A DNA stretch of 64,000 nucleotides, taken from contig DF237056.1 in NCBI GenBank assembly GCA_000708835.1, positions 62,001 to 126,000 on the forward strand, in the 5' to 3' direction. Under the pieces are notes generated by a model. That model worked only from the letters and a program-made list of their open reading frames with translations. It did not search any database and was not told the DNA's origin. The DNA is from Klebsormidium nitens (taxonomy: Eukaryota > Plantae > Klebsormidiophyceae). Positions 35,661-48,162 of this stretch are shown piece after piece. The translations under genes were made by a program, and so were the position numbers. The first letter of the stretch is position 1. The number at the start of each line of letters is the position of its first letter.

Positions 35661-37652
35661 CTGGCGGTACGGTCACCTTGAGAAACAAACTTCAACATTT
35701 TGCAATTTGCAAACCCTTCGTCCGTACGTTTGATCTGTCAGTACAATCGGACGGCTGCAGTGTGCACGCGGCTACAGTAGGTAGAGACTGACGGGATAGG
35801 AAGAACCCAGTAGACCGAACCGCGCGGCGCACCTGCGGTATTACCCCGCAAGTAAATATTAAATTCAGTACCGACTGCAATAGGTACATCAACCGGGTGC
35901 CCGCCCCAGGTACACCGTACAAGCAGACGGTGAGAACGTAATAGTATGCCGCCGGGGCCCCGGGCCGGGGCCGGGGCCAGAGCATGGTGTGATTTGATCC
36001 GAAACACTTGCACTTCACTGAGACAATGATGAAGCCTTGAAGGAAGCCAAGATTCAGAAGGAAGCTAGGGGCGCGAGAAAGAGGAGCTTTAATAAACTAA
36101 GTGACTGGCAGGTTTCATGCCATTGCTGTATCAGTCTTCCCCAATCGTGCAAGGGATATTGCAACTTGTTGGTCATCTGGGTTGAAAAGGAGATGATAAC
36201 CAGGGACCTTCAGGTTAAGCATCGAGGAAGTCCGGGGAGCAAAGCATGCGACGAGTTGTACCTGCCGTTACAATTGCTTCCCTCTACTTGCTGCCCAGCG
36301 TCAGCTCCCGCCACTTGTACACTTGATGATAACCCTCAAGACAAAGTGCAAAGTGAGCCGGATTGCTCTTACATAAGCTTGCTCTGTTTGACATTGTTAT
36401 TTACTTTTCAAGCACCATATTGGTGGTCCTGGCCATATGGATCCCTCTTTCTGGTTGTGTAAAAGGAAGAGTCTGTTTGCACGACATTGTTGATAAGTGG
36501 GCCTCTGAGTATTTAAAGGCAGAATGCCACAATTTCCACTGTCTTGTCGTGCTTACAATGACTGTCTTTTAGAGCAGACAATGCTTTTCTCGTTGATTGG
36601 TAGAGCTTAGCTGTTGGTGTCAACGCTTCTGAGCTTCTTTTGGTGAGCATTAAACATCATTTTGTGCTTCTGGTCGGTCCTGCTTGGGACACAGCGAGAA
36701 GTTGTTTATATCTGGCCAGGAGTCGCGTTCCTGCATTGAGACTGCTGGCCTTGTGAATTGTGTGGACAAGGTCATATGGCATTATGAGTTATCCAAATAC
36801 TTATCTCTGCAAGGTATCTTCGAGCCTTTAGACGGACTTTGGGAAATGGTGGATAGATCCACGAGCTAGAAGGTGAGAGCGCTTGTCGACATCTTCCGTT
36901 GCTTCCGTTAATTCCCGGAGTGAACGGTGCCAGTGAAGTGGTAAAAGTGGATATGAGCCATGCACGCCTTGCCCCGTGAAATTCTTTGCAAGGTAACATG
37001 TTTTGGAGTCATCATCAGATTTCCATGCCGGCAAAGCAACCTCTTCAAATTTTTCTATTTCTGGTTCATTCCTCCTGGTTTGCGTTTCAATTCGTCTTTC
37101 TACATCATCTGCTTCTCAGCGGAAGTCATGCTCTTGTATCTGAATGTGTGACAACTTGGAGCAGCAGTCACCATTAAGATTGGTAATTCACATAGTTCTT
37201 AGGTCGTTCGAGCGCCGATTGTTGCAAAAGTCAGAGTGCTCTTACCACATACTGGAAATGAAGTTTAAGCAGCTCAGGATTCCTATTTCTGACGGAGGGG
37301 AGTAGTTTGTGGGGCGCTCTTCTGCAATCGGTCCCTAGCTCGTCGTTCCAGAGTCCAACGCCTGCCGTTGCAGCTGCGATATTGCTCCTGTCGAGCAAAG
37401 ACTTGGCATGCGTTTGTGGCTTGATCTACTTGTTGCCAGATTGACTTAGGATCTGTGGACAGTCTGGCTCGTACTTTTCCTTTCTGTGAACAGAATTCTG
37501 CATTCTTCAGAAGACGGTTATGCTACAAGGAAAGTGGATTCGTTTAAATCCAAAAATGCTGAACTCCTCTTTTCATAGTAGTCTCGCTTCATGCAGCATT
37601 GTGACATCCCGGCAAGGTAGAGCTGAAGCTGGAACCCTAGTTCCCCTCGGGC

Positions 37653-40600
37653 ATGGGGGATGCTGTCAGCAAAAGGCACGCCCTCCAAACAGAAACAATG
37701 GTTGAGGGGGACTCCCCGGTTATCCAAGGCGCACAGCCTGAACCTGCAGAAGATGCACGTGTGGGGGATGGATCGACAGTGGAAGGAGGCGTCGAGGGCA
37801 GCATAGCGGAAGCGGAAAGCAAACAGGATAATGCTGCCAAAGGGGATGCCGCTTCAATAGAGGGGCCTGTTTCTGCTCAGGAGCTTGGGTTAGGTGATGA
37901 AGCGGAGAGAGCCACCTTGGTGGAGAAGGCGCAGGTTGGGGTGCTGGAGGGAGGGAGGAAAGAGGGCAGTGCAGAGGAGGGGGCCAGTTCTGCCCAGGTT
38001 GTTGCAAGCAATCCGGAGAGACCTGGGGAAGGGGGAGCAGAAGACAGGGGCGGAGCACGGGCTGAAAAGGAAGGGAACGGAGCGGAGCTAGCTTCGGAGG
38101 GGGCCAACGAGGGACAGAAGGCTAGTGATCCGGAAGAGAGAACGGGGCCAATGGATGCAGAGAAAGGGGGGATCGCTAGTACCCGGGTTGACGGGCCTGA
38201 TTGCGCGGGTGCACTGGAAGCAGCACGCTCATTTGGAACGGAAGGCATACCTGCCCAGGTCGAGAGCAATGCAGGCCCTTTGGTAGGGGGGCCTGATTCG
38301 GGGGCAATTGCGTGGCCTTTCGAGGATGGCAAAGGAGAAGGGAAGGGAGAGAAGGCGGAGCAGGAGACTCTAGGGCAGGCAGATAGTGTTCTGGTCGCGG
38401 AGGCTGAGCCAATCACCAAGCAGAATGCAGAGCCAAAACCTGGGGAGGATCAAAGCAAAGCGGGGGGAGGAGACACCCTGGATGCAGCCTTTCCCAATGC
38501 CCCGGGGTCGGGGGGATACCTCGCGCGGTCGCACCCCTCGTTCAATCGGGGCAAAAGCTTTGGTCACTCTCCGGGCGAAGAGAAAGCGGACACGCGCTCG
38601 CTCGCCCCGTCCAAAGGCGATCTGGTGCTCAATCTGGTCAACGACCTGGGGCCAATCCGGGCTGGGGGACAGTTCTCATCAGGCGGTATCCTGCCCCTGA
38701 CCAGCACCGACCAACCAGGTGCCGCCACCTGGCAGCAACAGCTGCTGGCCCTGCAGAACAGCGGCAAAGCCGGAGGCGGTGAGGACTTGGCGGTGGGTCC
38801 TCTCGTGCGGAAGAGCGAAGGTCTGAGCCAGGATTTGAACTTGACGTGGGCCGGAGTCGCAGAAGCAGACCATGCGTCAGAGGAGGTGACGAAGAACCTG
38901 GAGGCACAGCTGGCGGTGCTTCAGAAGGTGGCGGCAACTAGGTTTGGGGACAAGTCCGGGGCGCCACCCTCCGTGGAGAAGGAGTCGCACGAGGAGACGA
39001 TGCGCAAGCTGAAAGCGGAGTTGGCCTCACTGGAGCAGCGTGCAGCGGCGCAGAATCTGCACAAGAAAGGGGGGCAGAGTGTCAGGGGGCGGGGGCGGGG
39101 GTTTGCAGAGTTACGCATGGCAGTCCCGCCAGGTTTGAATTTGGGGGCGCCAGTCTCGGTTTCAGGAGAGGCTGTGGGGGCCTCCACAGAGGAGCTCCTC
39201 CGAGAGGGCTCTGAGGGGGGGTTAACGCGGCTGAGGAAGCGGAGGCGGCCGAATGGCTCGTACAATTGTCAGGTATGGCGGTCAGCTTCGTCTCCATATT
39301 TGGGGCTGGCTTCGCAATGCATTGGACATTGTCGACATTGCCTTCAGTGGTTGACCACTTTTTCCATTGGAAAAGCAAGCTGGGAAAGTGAGGTACTGCC
39401 AAGATTCATAAGCGTGGGCTGGGCTTCGAAGCAACTTTATTAAGTGTATCTCTGGTAGCCAAGTGGTCGTTTTCCAGCACCTGACCTGCTCTGGTTTTGT
39501 CCCTTTTCCTAGCATTCCTACGTAGATGAGCCACGTGCAGCCCGTGGGGGCTGCTTCTGCAACCGAGGCTAGCCTGCGTCCTAATTTTCACGATGTTCAC
39601 TTGCTCAGACAACCGGCCAGCGGTCCTTTTGCTACCTATGTAGCAGTGTCGGGCGCTTCTGGCGCTTTTGAAGGCGGCTGCGGATGAGCATGGGAACCGT
39701 CGTCGCTGCTATGACATAGTTCAGGTGGCATGATTCCGAGGTAGGATACTAACAGTCCCCGGGAATAGGACCTGACTGAACATTTGCACGGCAAACTCCC
39801 GCCGTCCGCACCCCTACTCACTCGCTCCAAAACCCCCACCTACTCCGACTATCATCCGGGCCATCACCTTATGCTATTCAGTGGTTGCTACTAAGCCGTA
39901 ATCATATCTTGCTTTGCCAGGTGGAGGGCTGCGAGGAGAATCTGGAGCACGCCAAGGCATACAACAAGCGGCACCACGTGTGCTGGGTGCACTCGCGTGC
40001 TTGGGAGGTGCTCATCCATGGAGTGCTCTCCCGCTTCTGCCAGCAGTGCAGCAGGTGCGTCGCCCTTGCCAGCATTCTCTTTCCCACAATTCCCTGAATA
40101 GAGCACGGTGCCTTTCAAGATCCCACGTGGTTTTAGTGGCATTCTCGAAGAGGCAGAGTGCACAGTCGAAGTCGCTGCCCAATCTGCACGTGCGAAGTGC
40201 GACAACAGAAAGAATTGCATTGGAGACTGGTCGCTGAATGCGGGTGCGTCCGCTGACGCCCTCTTTCAAAGTTCGGATGGTATCTACAAGTCTACATTCC
40301 TGTAGCCACAGGCGTCCACGGGGTTCACCTGTCTACGGGAACTTCGCGTTCCTTGTTTGTTGTGTTCGAAAGGAGTGCTCCGGGAGCGTGATCAACCAGG
40401 GTGCATGGCCTCGTTTGGACACTCTGTTTGCCAGTGTCCTGTCTTCCTTCCTAGCGTTTTAGCGTCTGTCAAGCACTTCGATAAAAGAATGGTCTCAGGG
40501 GCTGCCGATTGGCACAAGCCAAACTTAATTTCGGTTTAAAATCGTAGTAACGTTCCGGGTCAAAACGTGGGCCCAAGACAGAGTAAAGCGGCCCAATCTT

Positions 40601-42535
40601 GACCATCAGGCGTTTGCGCCTCTTTACCCTTCTAGCCAAACGCTTGTTTACAGAAGTTTTATATGAAGCATCGCCAACGCTCGCTTTTTATTGTTCCAGG
40701 TTCCATGACGTGCGCGCGTTCGACGAGATCAAGCGCAGCTGCCGCGAGAGGTTGCTGCATCACAACAAGCGGAGGCGGACCATCTTGGACATGGGGGACG
40801 CTGCCAGGGGGAGCGGGGACGTGTCTGATAAAGGTGAAATCACTGGAGCTCTTTTGGTTGGGCTTTTGGTTTCAGGTGGAGTGGATGAGACGTCCAGAGG
40901 CGGATACTGAAGAACTGGTACTTTTGCCAAGCTTCCTTCAACTTTGGTTGATCCAGGAAGGATTGAAGTCGATTGAAGTCAGGGCTCGTATTCAAAGGAC
41001 ATATTTTCCAGGGCCAAGCCAAGGTTGCCTACTTTCGTGACTTCGGAAGAAGGTTCGTCTGCCAAGCAGGAGGCAGCTATCTGGATTGTAAAAAAGATAC
41101 AGTTGTCGAGCATGCGAACCGCCTGTCCATTGTCAAAGCCGATTACCAAAAGTAAGATGCTCATCCAGCCCCATTGCTGTTTGCAGAGAAGGAACCACCT
41201 CCACCTGCCAAGGACAGCGCCGCCAAGGTCAAGCGCGCCCGGCCACCTCCTCAAGACACCCCCCCCAAATCAGCGCCCGAGCCAGACCCCCTCGCGCGCG
41301 CTCTAGACACGCTGATGAAGGCCCGGGAGCAGCTGGGGGGGGGCCGAACGGACATTTCGCGTCCCCCCCCGGATCGGCTGACATTTTCAACGGCCCCCGG
41401 CCCTCCTCCAGGGACGTACGAGAGCAACCCGCTGAACAGACCCGGCGCTAACCTGCTGCTTAACCCGACGACCCCGATGCGCCACAATAGTACGGAGCTC
41501 ACGCTTTCTCGTCGCACATCCGGGTTCGAGGTTCTGGACCAGGTAACGGGACGGGCAGGGGGCGGTGTGAATACCTTCCCCCTGGGGGGATCCCTGGCGC
41601 AGAGCTTCCAGTCCCCCCCGGGGGAGCAGTACCCCCCGGCCCCAATGTCGCGGCAGCTGGCCAGCGTTCCGACGGGGTTCGAGAGACTGTTGCAAACGCC
41701 GCCGCGGGCGGAGAGCGCTGGGCAGGGGGTGGATCGCGCGCACAGTCCGTTCCTGGACATTCTGATGAGGAGTCAGCACGCGCTGCGAGACCCGTCGCCG
41801 CAGAAGGGGTTTGAGTTAACCCAGCACCGGTTTAGCCAGGCGCTGCAAGAAGCAGAGAAGGCGCAGCTCGAGAGGCCCAATGACTTGGCGTCAGAAGTGG
41901 CGATCCGCAGCCCGCTGCTGGCGGCGTACGTTCCGGAGTATGACGGGATGAGGGCCGCGAGGGCGGGGAACAACGCGGCTACAAATAATACTGCGAATAG
42001 CTCGTTGAGGAGTCCGACTTACGACATGCTCACAGACTTCATCGGCGGGGGCCAACGTGGTGGCGGCACGCTCCCGCTTGGGTTTGCGGAGCGGGACGCA
42101 GGCGGCGGCCAGAGCCTTTTCGATTCTGGACTGGGTATGGCGCGAGACCATAGCTCGGCGCACGCAAGCAGTTTGCTCAGGCTCATGTCGTCGCACGTCG
42201 AGAGCGCGTCCCCCGTCAAGGAGCCAACGAACTTCCTCAGAGGTCTGGATGGTCCTCTTGGGCTTTACGGGCTGCCCAGCCAAGGCCACGTGCAACCGCC
42301 TCGCGACCAGCCAGGCTCGTGGCTTGCAAACAATGACCAAAGGGAACAAACAGCGGCCTTGCACAGGGAGTTTCAGAGGCTCATTCAAAGTCAAACACGC
42401 GCGGCGGACCTCGGTGGTGGGGCAGAGGGCGCGCAAGCCCCTTTTGCTGGTTTGTCCTCGCAATTAGGATTCCAGGGTCAGGAGCCTGCGCTTGGAAATC
42501 GAGGCTTCAAACTAAACGATTGGACTTTCAATTAG
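37653..42535 (+). CDS. SPL: SBP-box (SQUAMOSA promoter binding protein-like) transcription factor, 4 exons, 1078 aa
   Basis: Exons 37653-39272, 39921-40054, 40700-40833 and 41187-42535 total 3237 nt and are phase-consistent. They give CQ|VEGCEENLEHAKAYNKRHHVCWVHSRAWEVLIHGVLSRFCQQCSR|FHDVRAFDEIKRSCRERLLHHNKRRR, with all eight Zn ligands and the basic NLS. The intron at CSR|FH is the one typical of SBP genes. Confidence 0.93.
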
Positions 42536-43874
42536 GGAGTGGTTGTGCAAAAGATCCTAGCTTTCGTGGTGTAAGCAAGGTTTGCATCGATCTCCAAAAC
42601 GTGTACACAAACATCGAAACCAAAAGCAGAAACGATAAGAAAAAGCGTATGACAACCCCGCGTCAAGGCACAGTAGATTGTATTAGCCTGCTTAGGGTTT
42701 CAAAGGATCCGACTCTTGCTTGACATGAAGTTAGCAGCGTTCAAGGCATTTCAGAATATTGAAATAGGGTGTAAGAGCCGGCGTGGCGGCCAAATCATTG
42801 AATATAAGTATGATATCAACACATCAGCTGATCTAGAGAGTTGATAGCTGGCATGCGATTGCACTCCATCCAGGCTTGCTAAATGGAACTCTCACGAACA
42901 AAGTACGTAAAAAATGCTCGATGCAATTGTTGAATCTCCACGGCCCCAAAATTGCTTTGTTTGCACCAAGAGCAAGGCTTGATCGAGTCCGACGGTTGTC
43001 GGAGTGGAAGTTCACATGCCGGGAGCCTGCAATCTTTAGGTGCAATTCGAGCCATATCGTAAGTCACATGTCATTGTTGACGAATCTGTGTCAACGCGTG
43101 TCATGATCTGTGTCAATCTATCACAACGCGCGGTGTGCACCGCAAGACACACTGACATGCATTATGCATTCAATGCAGAAGCTCTCAGTATGATCCGACA
43201 TCATGCATTGCCATGATAATCTCATGCACATGGCCGTACGCCCTATATAGTACCCGGCGCAGTACCGTACTTCTCTGTAACGGCCAGCAAAAACGTACTA
43301 TATAGTAAACTGAGACTCAGTAAAGTCAGTTTTGCGGCCTAGGTACAAAAAGTATGTGGTGACAGTACGTGCCATGATGCAGCACCCAAACCAGGTTCAA
43401 TATGTCGCAAACTATATTTGTTGCAAAGGATGATTTGCATGCAGACTCACACTGACAGAATATGGCCGTAGGCGCCGGCGGCACCGTCGCAACAGCCGGC
43501 CTAGGCCATGCATGTGCGCAAGGTAGGCCCTGGGCAGCAGTGTACGCGAAGTGAAGCCGCATACGGTTGCAGCCACCGGCCGCATAACTGCACGGTTATA
43601 TGTGCATGCAGCTATATAATCATGACGGTAAGTTGGAGTCCAAAATATTTTATAAACGACCGTCTAGCTGCTAGCGCTACAAATGACCATTTAAGAATCG
43701 GACCAAGAATTAAAGTACGGTACCATAATGGCCTGCTTCATTATGGTACGGCACTTGCAACGGTCAAAGAATTCGGTTATGCAAGTCTGTTGGGAGATGA
43801 GCTCCGAAAGATTTCGTTGCCCCAGCACGCAAACCAGCCAGGAGGTCGATACCAAAGTAATAGAACCTTCAGAC

Positions 43875-46800
43875 CTATGCTTCGCCGTATACACTATCTA
43901 CATCGTCACTGGAAGTTACCTCCTTAACCGATGGTTCGTGATAAGCCATCTCTTCAAAGGCCGCTTCTATCAGCGCCCTATCTGACGGACCCGAGATATC
44001 AACCCCAGAGAATCTTGCTGGATCTTGCACAATGCTATCAAGCTTGTGGAGTTTCTCTAGGTCCAGCCTTTTCATCAAGATCTTTTCCTCTACGACCGTC
44101 ACAGGACTGTTTTGGCAAACTTGACTAATGAGATACTCATTTTTGACGTAATGGAACTTGTTCAACCTATCCGGCTCCGCTTTGACTGTCACGAGCTGGG
44201 CTTGACTCTTGAAAACGGTGATCACACCGAAGGCCCCTTCGCTATTGGTGACTAGAGACCACGCTGCCAGATTCTCCGGATCCTGCTCGTACATATTCCT
44301 TTCCCCAGTGGGGACGCCTTGTCCGGTTATGTTCGTTTGACTTTGCATCAGATAGAACCGGTCGAAGTCCAGCCCAGTAAACCACTCCGACATCGAGTCC
44401 ATTCCCACGATTATCTCTACCCGCTCCATACACCCGATCGCCAACAGCTCCACCCGCACTTCCAGGGTCAGACGCGATCCCCCTGGCAATAAGCTATACG
44501 TCATGGTGATCCGTGCAACCGCCTCCATGAGACGCGTACTGTTAGCGTCCGTTGTTACGACGTACTTCGGCACGTCGTCGTCACATGTGAACTCCCAATT
44601 CACCACGTCAATCCGCGTCCGGATCTCCTCCCCCTCGTATACGAAGTTGACAAAGTTTCCGCCGTAGCGCACCCCCCTTCCCAAGATGAGCTGCTTGGTC
44701 GGCAGCGTATGTGTCAGCACCTCCATGTCCCCCAGCGTATACCCCTGAAACGCCCCGATCCCGTTGTGCGTATACGAGATCCCCGACCGGCCTCTCCGGA
44801 TCTTACACCCTTTACCGCGCGGAATATAGGACGCAAAAAGCAGCCCTTCGTAAGAAAGCTGCTTCAGCGCCCCCGCCGCCGCGCGGCGCTCCGCGCTCGT
44901 CTCGCCGAACAACACCGCGCGAGCGACGTCCTCGGCAATAAGGTGGCCCCCAACCATCGCATTCCGGCTCTTAAGCTGCGCGCCAAACGCGGCCAACTCG
45001 ACCTGCCGCTCGGGGTCCCCTTCCGGCCACGTGTCCCACCCCCCGGCCCAAAGGCCCTTGCGCGCGAGCATGGGAGTCGTCCGGTTTGCGGCGACCCGGG
45101 CTAGCGTTATTGCCCACTCGTCCGCAACGGCCGGCCAGCTACGGTCGCCCTCTTTCAGGGTTGCCCGCCCGCGCTGCATCGTTTCTCGCAACGTCGCGTT
45201 TCGGAGGATTGCGATCACCGAGACGGCGAGGGAACGGGGGCTGTTGATGGGGGTCACGGTGCAGGGGGAGCTCGTATGGAGCTTGATGTTGGTCGAGTTG
45301 AGGGAGCCGCATAAGTGCTCGGAATAAGGGGAGACGGACGCGATCGCGGGGATGCCCAGGGCGATGGCCATGTCGAGGGCGCGGGACGAAATCTGTAGAC
45401 GTAGAAGACATAAGCGATCAGTACTTGCTACAGATGAGATCTTATCATAAGGTACAAGATATGAAAGTAGGAGGCCTGTGGTAGCACGGTACTCACATTG
45501 GCGGCATGAAAAGCTATCTGCGAGGCAAAGAGGGGAGAAAAGGGATCAATGCTGGTCATAAGCGGTAGGTTCTCACGAGCGAACCCTGTCAAGGACAAGG
45601 AAGGGTTCCGACGAAACATGTGGGGCAGGACGGGATCTGCGGGGCAGCCGAGAGGTCGTCAGCATGGCTTTCGAAGAACCAGTGAGCAATTATTGGAGTT
45701 TTGGGCCACACTGGGACAAAATGTGAAGTGCAGGGGACACGTTGCGCAACCGTTTCACCATTGAGACTGACACAGAAGAAACGATCTGTGGTGAATTGTG
45801 ACGGACACAGAAACACAGTCCAGCGTCCTCCTAGAAACGTAGGGAGCAATCACAGAATGGCACCGCTTACGAGACTTATAAGCAAAAGGATCCTGCTTTT
45901 GGCTGCTCGGAGAAGCTGCATTTGCGTCAGGCAAAAGAGCCTGACGATAGCAAAGGTCGCCCACCATGAAAGAATCAGAGTCTGGCGTATACAGCGGTCA
46001 CAGCTGAAACTTTGAAGGCTTGTGGGTCCCGAATCTGGAAAGTTCGGGAGTTTGATAATCTCAACGGTAGAGAATTCAAATTCAGACTCCCAAAAACCGT
46101 TGAAACTTTCTTCACGGTATTCAGGACTCCTAAGCCTATTTGGAGCCGCACTGAAGGTTCAATGGTAGATACTCTTCGCTTGCGATTTCTAGCAAGTCTG
46201 TCGGTTTAAAAAAGACGCCGTGCATCTTCCCTGGCCAGGTCGCAAAAGTTTTGAACATTGCAACTTATTTGATGTGACACCAGAAGGCTTTCAACAGTAC
46301 CACCCTTCTTTTGTTCGGCAGCCCCGAACTTTCTCAAAGTTGCAGATGAAACCACCTTATGAGTGACACCTAATGAAGCACTTACATGGCACGAGCGGTC
46401 TGCCGAGGGCGTGAGATCAAGTTCTGACCACAAGGCTTCTGGTTTGAAAGTACCGTGCCTTGTCAAACATAACTCTGATGCATTGGAGCCACTAACAATC
46501 TTTCCCCAACACACCACACTGGCCTGTAAGCGAGGGCCCTTTCAGCACAGAATCTACTTCTCAAAGTGCAAGGGATGTCAGCAATGCTATGCGCATTATC
46601 AATCAATCCACAAAAGCTTCTATGTTTGCCGTGATCAATTCAGCGGGTGGATTGAAGGACGCGCTAGAAACTTCCCCTCGAGAGATATGCCTCATCGTAC
46701 AACGCTGCTGAAGTGCCCAGCAGAAATGGAAAATGCAATTTCATGAACAGTCATGGCAATCCGAGGTGGTTGCCTGCAGACTCATAGTGCAGATTTGGAT

Positions 46801-48162
46801 CCAGCACATTCCACAAACTTCAAGAGAGCTGACAGCAGACATTTGCCTGCCGCTGCAAAGCTGTGGGGAAAGTGGAACAAAGGTGCCCACATGACAATCT
46901 TAAGAAAAAGGGCTGCTTACGAGCTGACCCATTCAACCCCAGACATAGTGGTTTGGCTACTGCCAAACCCCTCAACCTTTGCAAACCGGTAAACCATCTT
47001 TGACCATAACCTAGAAACCCACAGGCTAACCAAAACCCGAAGGCTAACCCAAAACCCTCACCTTGTTGGGGTCGTCTGAGGGGTCAACAATGACATCCGC
47101 GCGCCGGAACCACCCGACCAGCTCCTCAAAGCTCTGCGGCTCTTGGACGATCACGTTAACTCTCCCCACCCCCGCCCGCTTCCCCAGCTTCGCCAAATGG
47201 TCCATGTAGTCTACAGTCTGCCCTGGTTCCTGCTGACCCAGAACGACGTACATTGTTTTTGGGATCAAGACGCGCACGCCCTTCATTGCTTCCATCATCC
47301 GCTCCTGCCCCCGGATGGGAGAAACTAGGCCCGGGGTCAGAATCACGCGACGGTCCTCCGACACGGGCGCGAAGGTCATGTTGGGCGCCTGAGCGAAGTT
47401 GTGGGGCAGCCATCCCGTGGGGAGAAGCGTGCAGGATAGGTTTCGGGAGACAAGTTGGTTCAGCGTTTTGCAGGCGGAGAGGAGGGGCGCTGTGACGTGG
47501 GCTGCGCTCGCAAGCACTTTCTCCAGGATCATCTGCTTATGGACCTCATAGTCGGCTGGGAGGCTATGGATGTTGACCACATAGGGTATGGTGAGGTGGT
47601 CCAAAAGGACCAAGAGCAGCTCTCCATAATGGCCCCCGTAGACGTCAAAGTCGTGCTGCACGCTCAGCACTTCGAACTCCCGGTTGATGTAATCGGCTGC
47701 CAGGAAGTAGTCCTTGTGCGCCTCTTTCCTGAACAAGAAGGCCACCTCCTCCCCGTAATCATCCGCCGTGTTTCTCTCGTCCACAATTACTACGCTGACC
47801 TTTGCTCTGCGAAGCAGCGGATTGGTACTGTTGGCCACACCCAGGGAGAAAAGGTCCCGCGTGTAACCGGCTACGTCTGACAGCTGAGGGGGGTATGAAG
47901 ACAGGATCCCAATCCTGAGGGGGGTCATCTGTGCAGGCCATAATGGCATTCCGTAGTCCGTGTCTTGGTCCTCAATCTGACCCGTAAGCGCAATGTGGCC
48001 CGTTATAGTGTACACCAGATGCAGAATGCCCAGCATCGCAATAATCTGATAGATGCGCCTCTGCGAGAGGATCTGCAGTGCGCTCCCTTTGGGCGCATTT
48101 GGCGACGGGGCTGCCTTCGTCTTCCCCAGTGCCGCCGCCCATTGCGACCAGGGGAGGTCCAT
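43875..48162 (-). CDS. Membrane-anchored family 4 (GT-B) glycosyltransferase fused to an about 370-aa beta-rich domain of unknown function, 872 aa, 2 coding exons
   Basis: Exons 48162-47062 and 45392-43875 join at phase 0 (DPNK|ISSRALDMAIALG). Motifs: N-terminal hydrophobic anchor (IYQIIAMLGILHLVYTITG), IGILSSYPP, VQHDFDVYGG, VNIHSL, ILTPGLVSPIRGQE, EELVGWFRRADVIVDP, RSWPAVADEW. These match the recalled bacterial GT4 subfamily (TYPPRxCGIATF / QHEFGIFGG / TFGLLSPNKG / QITSGTLAYA). Confidence 0.82.

Noticed and set aside
47000-47061. Telomere-like AAACCC/CTAACC motifs next to the GT4 donor (similar at about 8140-8185)
   Set aside because: Too degenerate and short for an interstitial telomeric array; likely ordinary intron low complexity.
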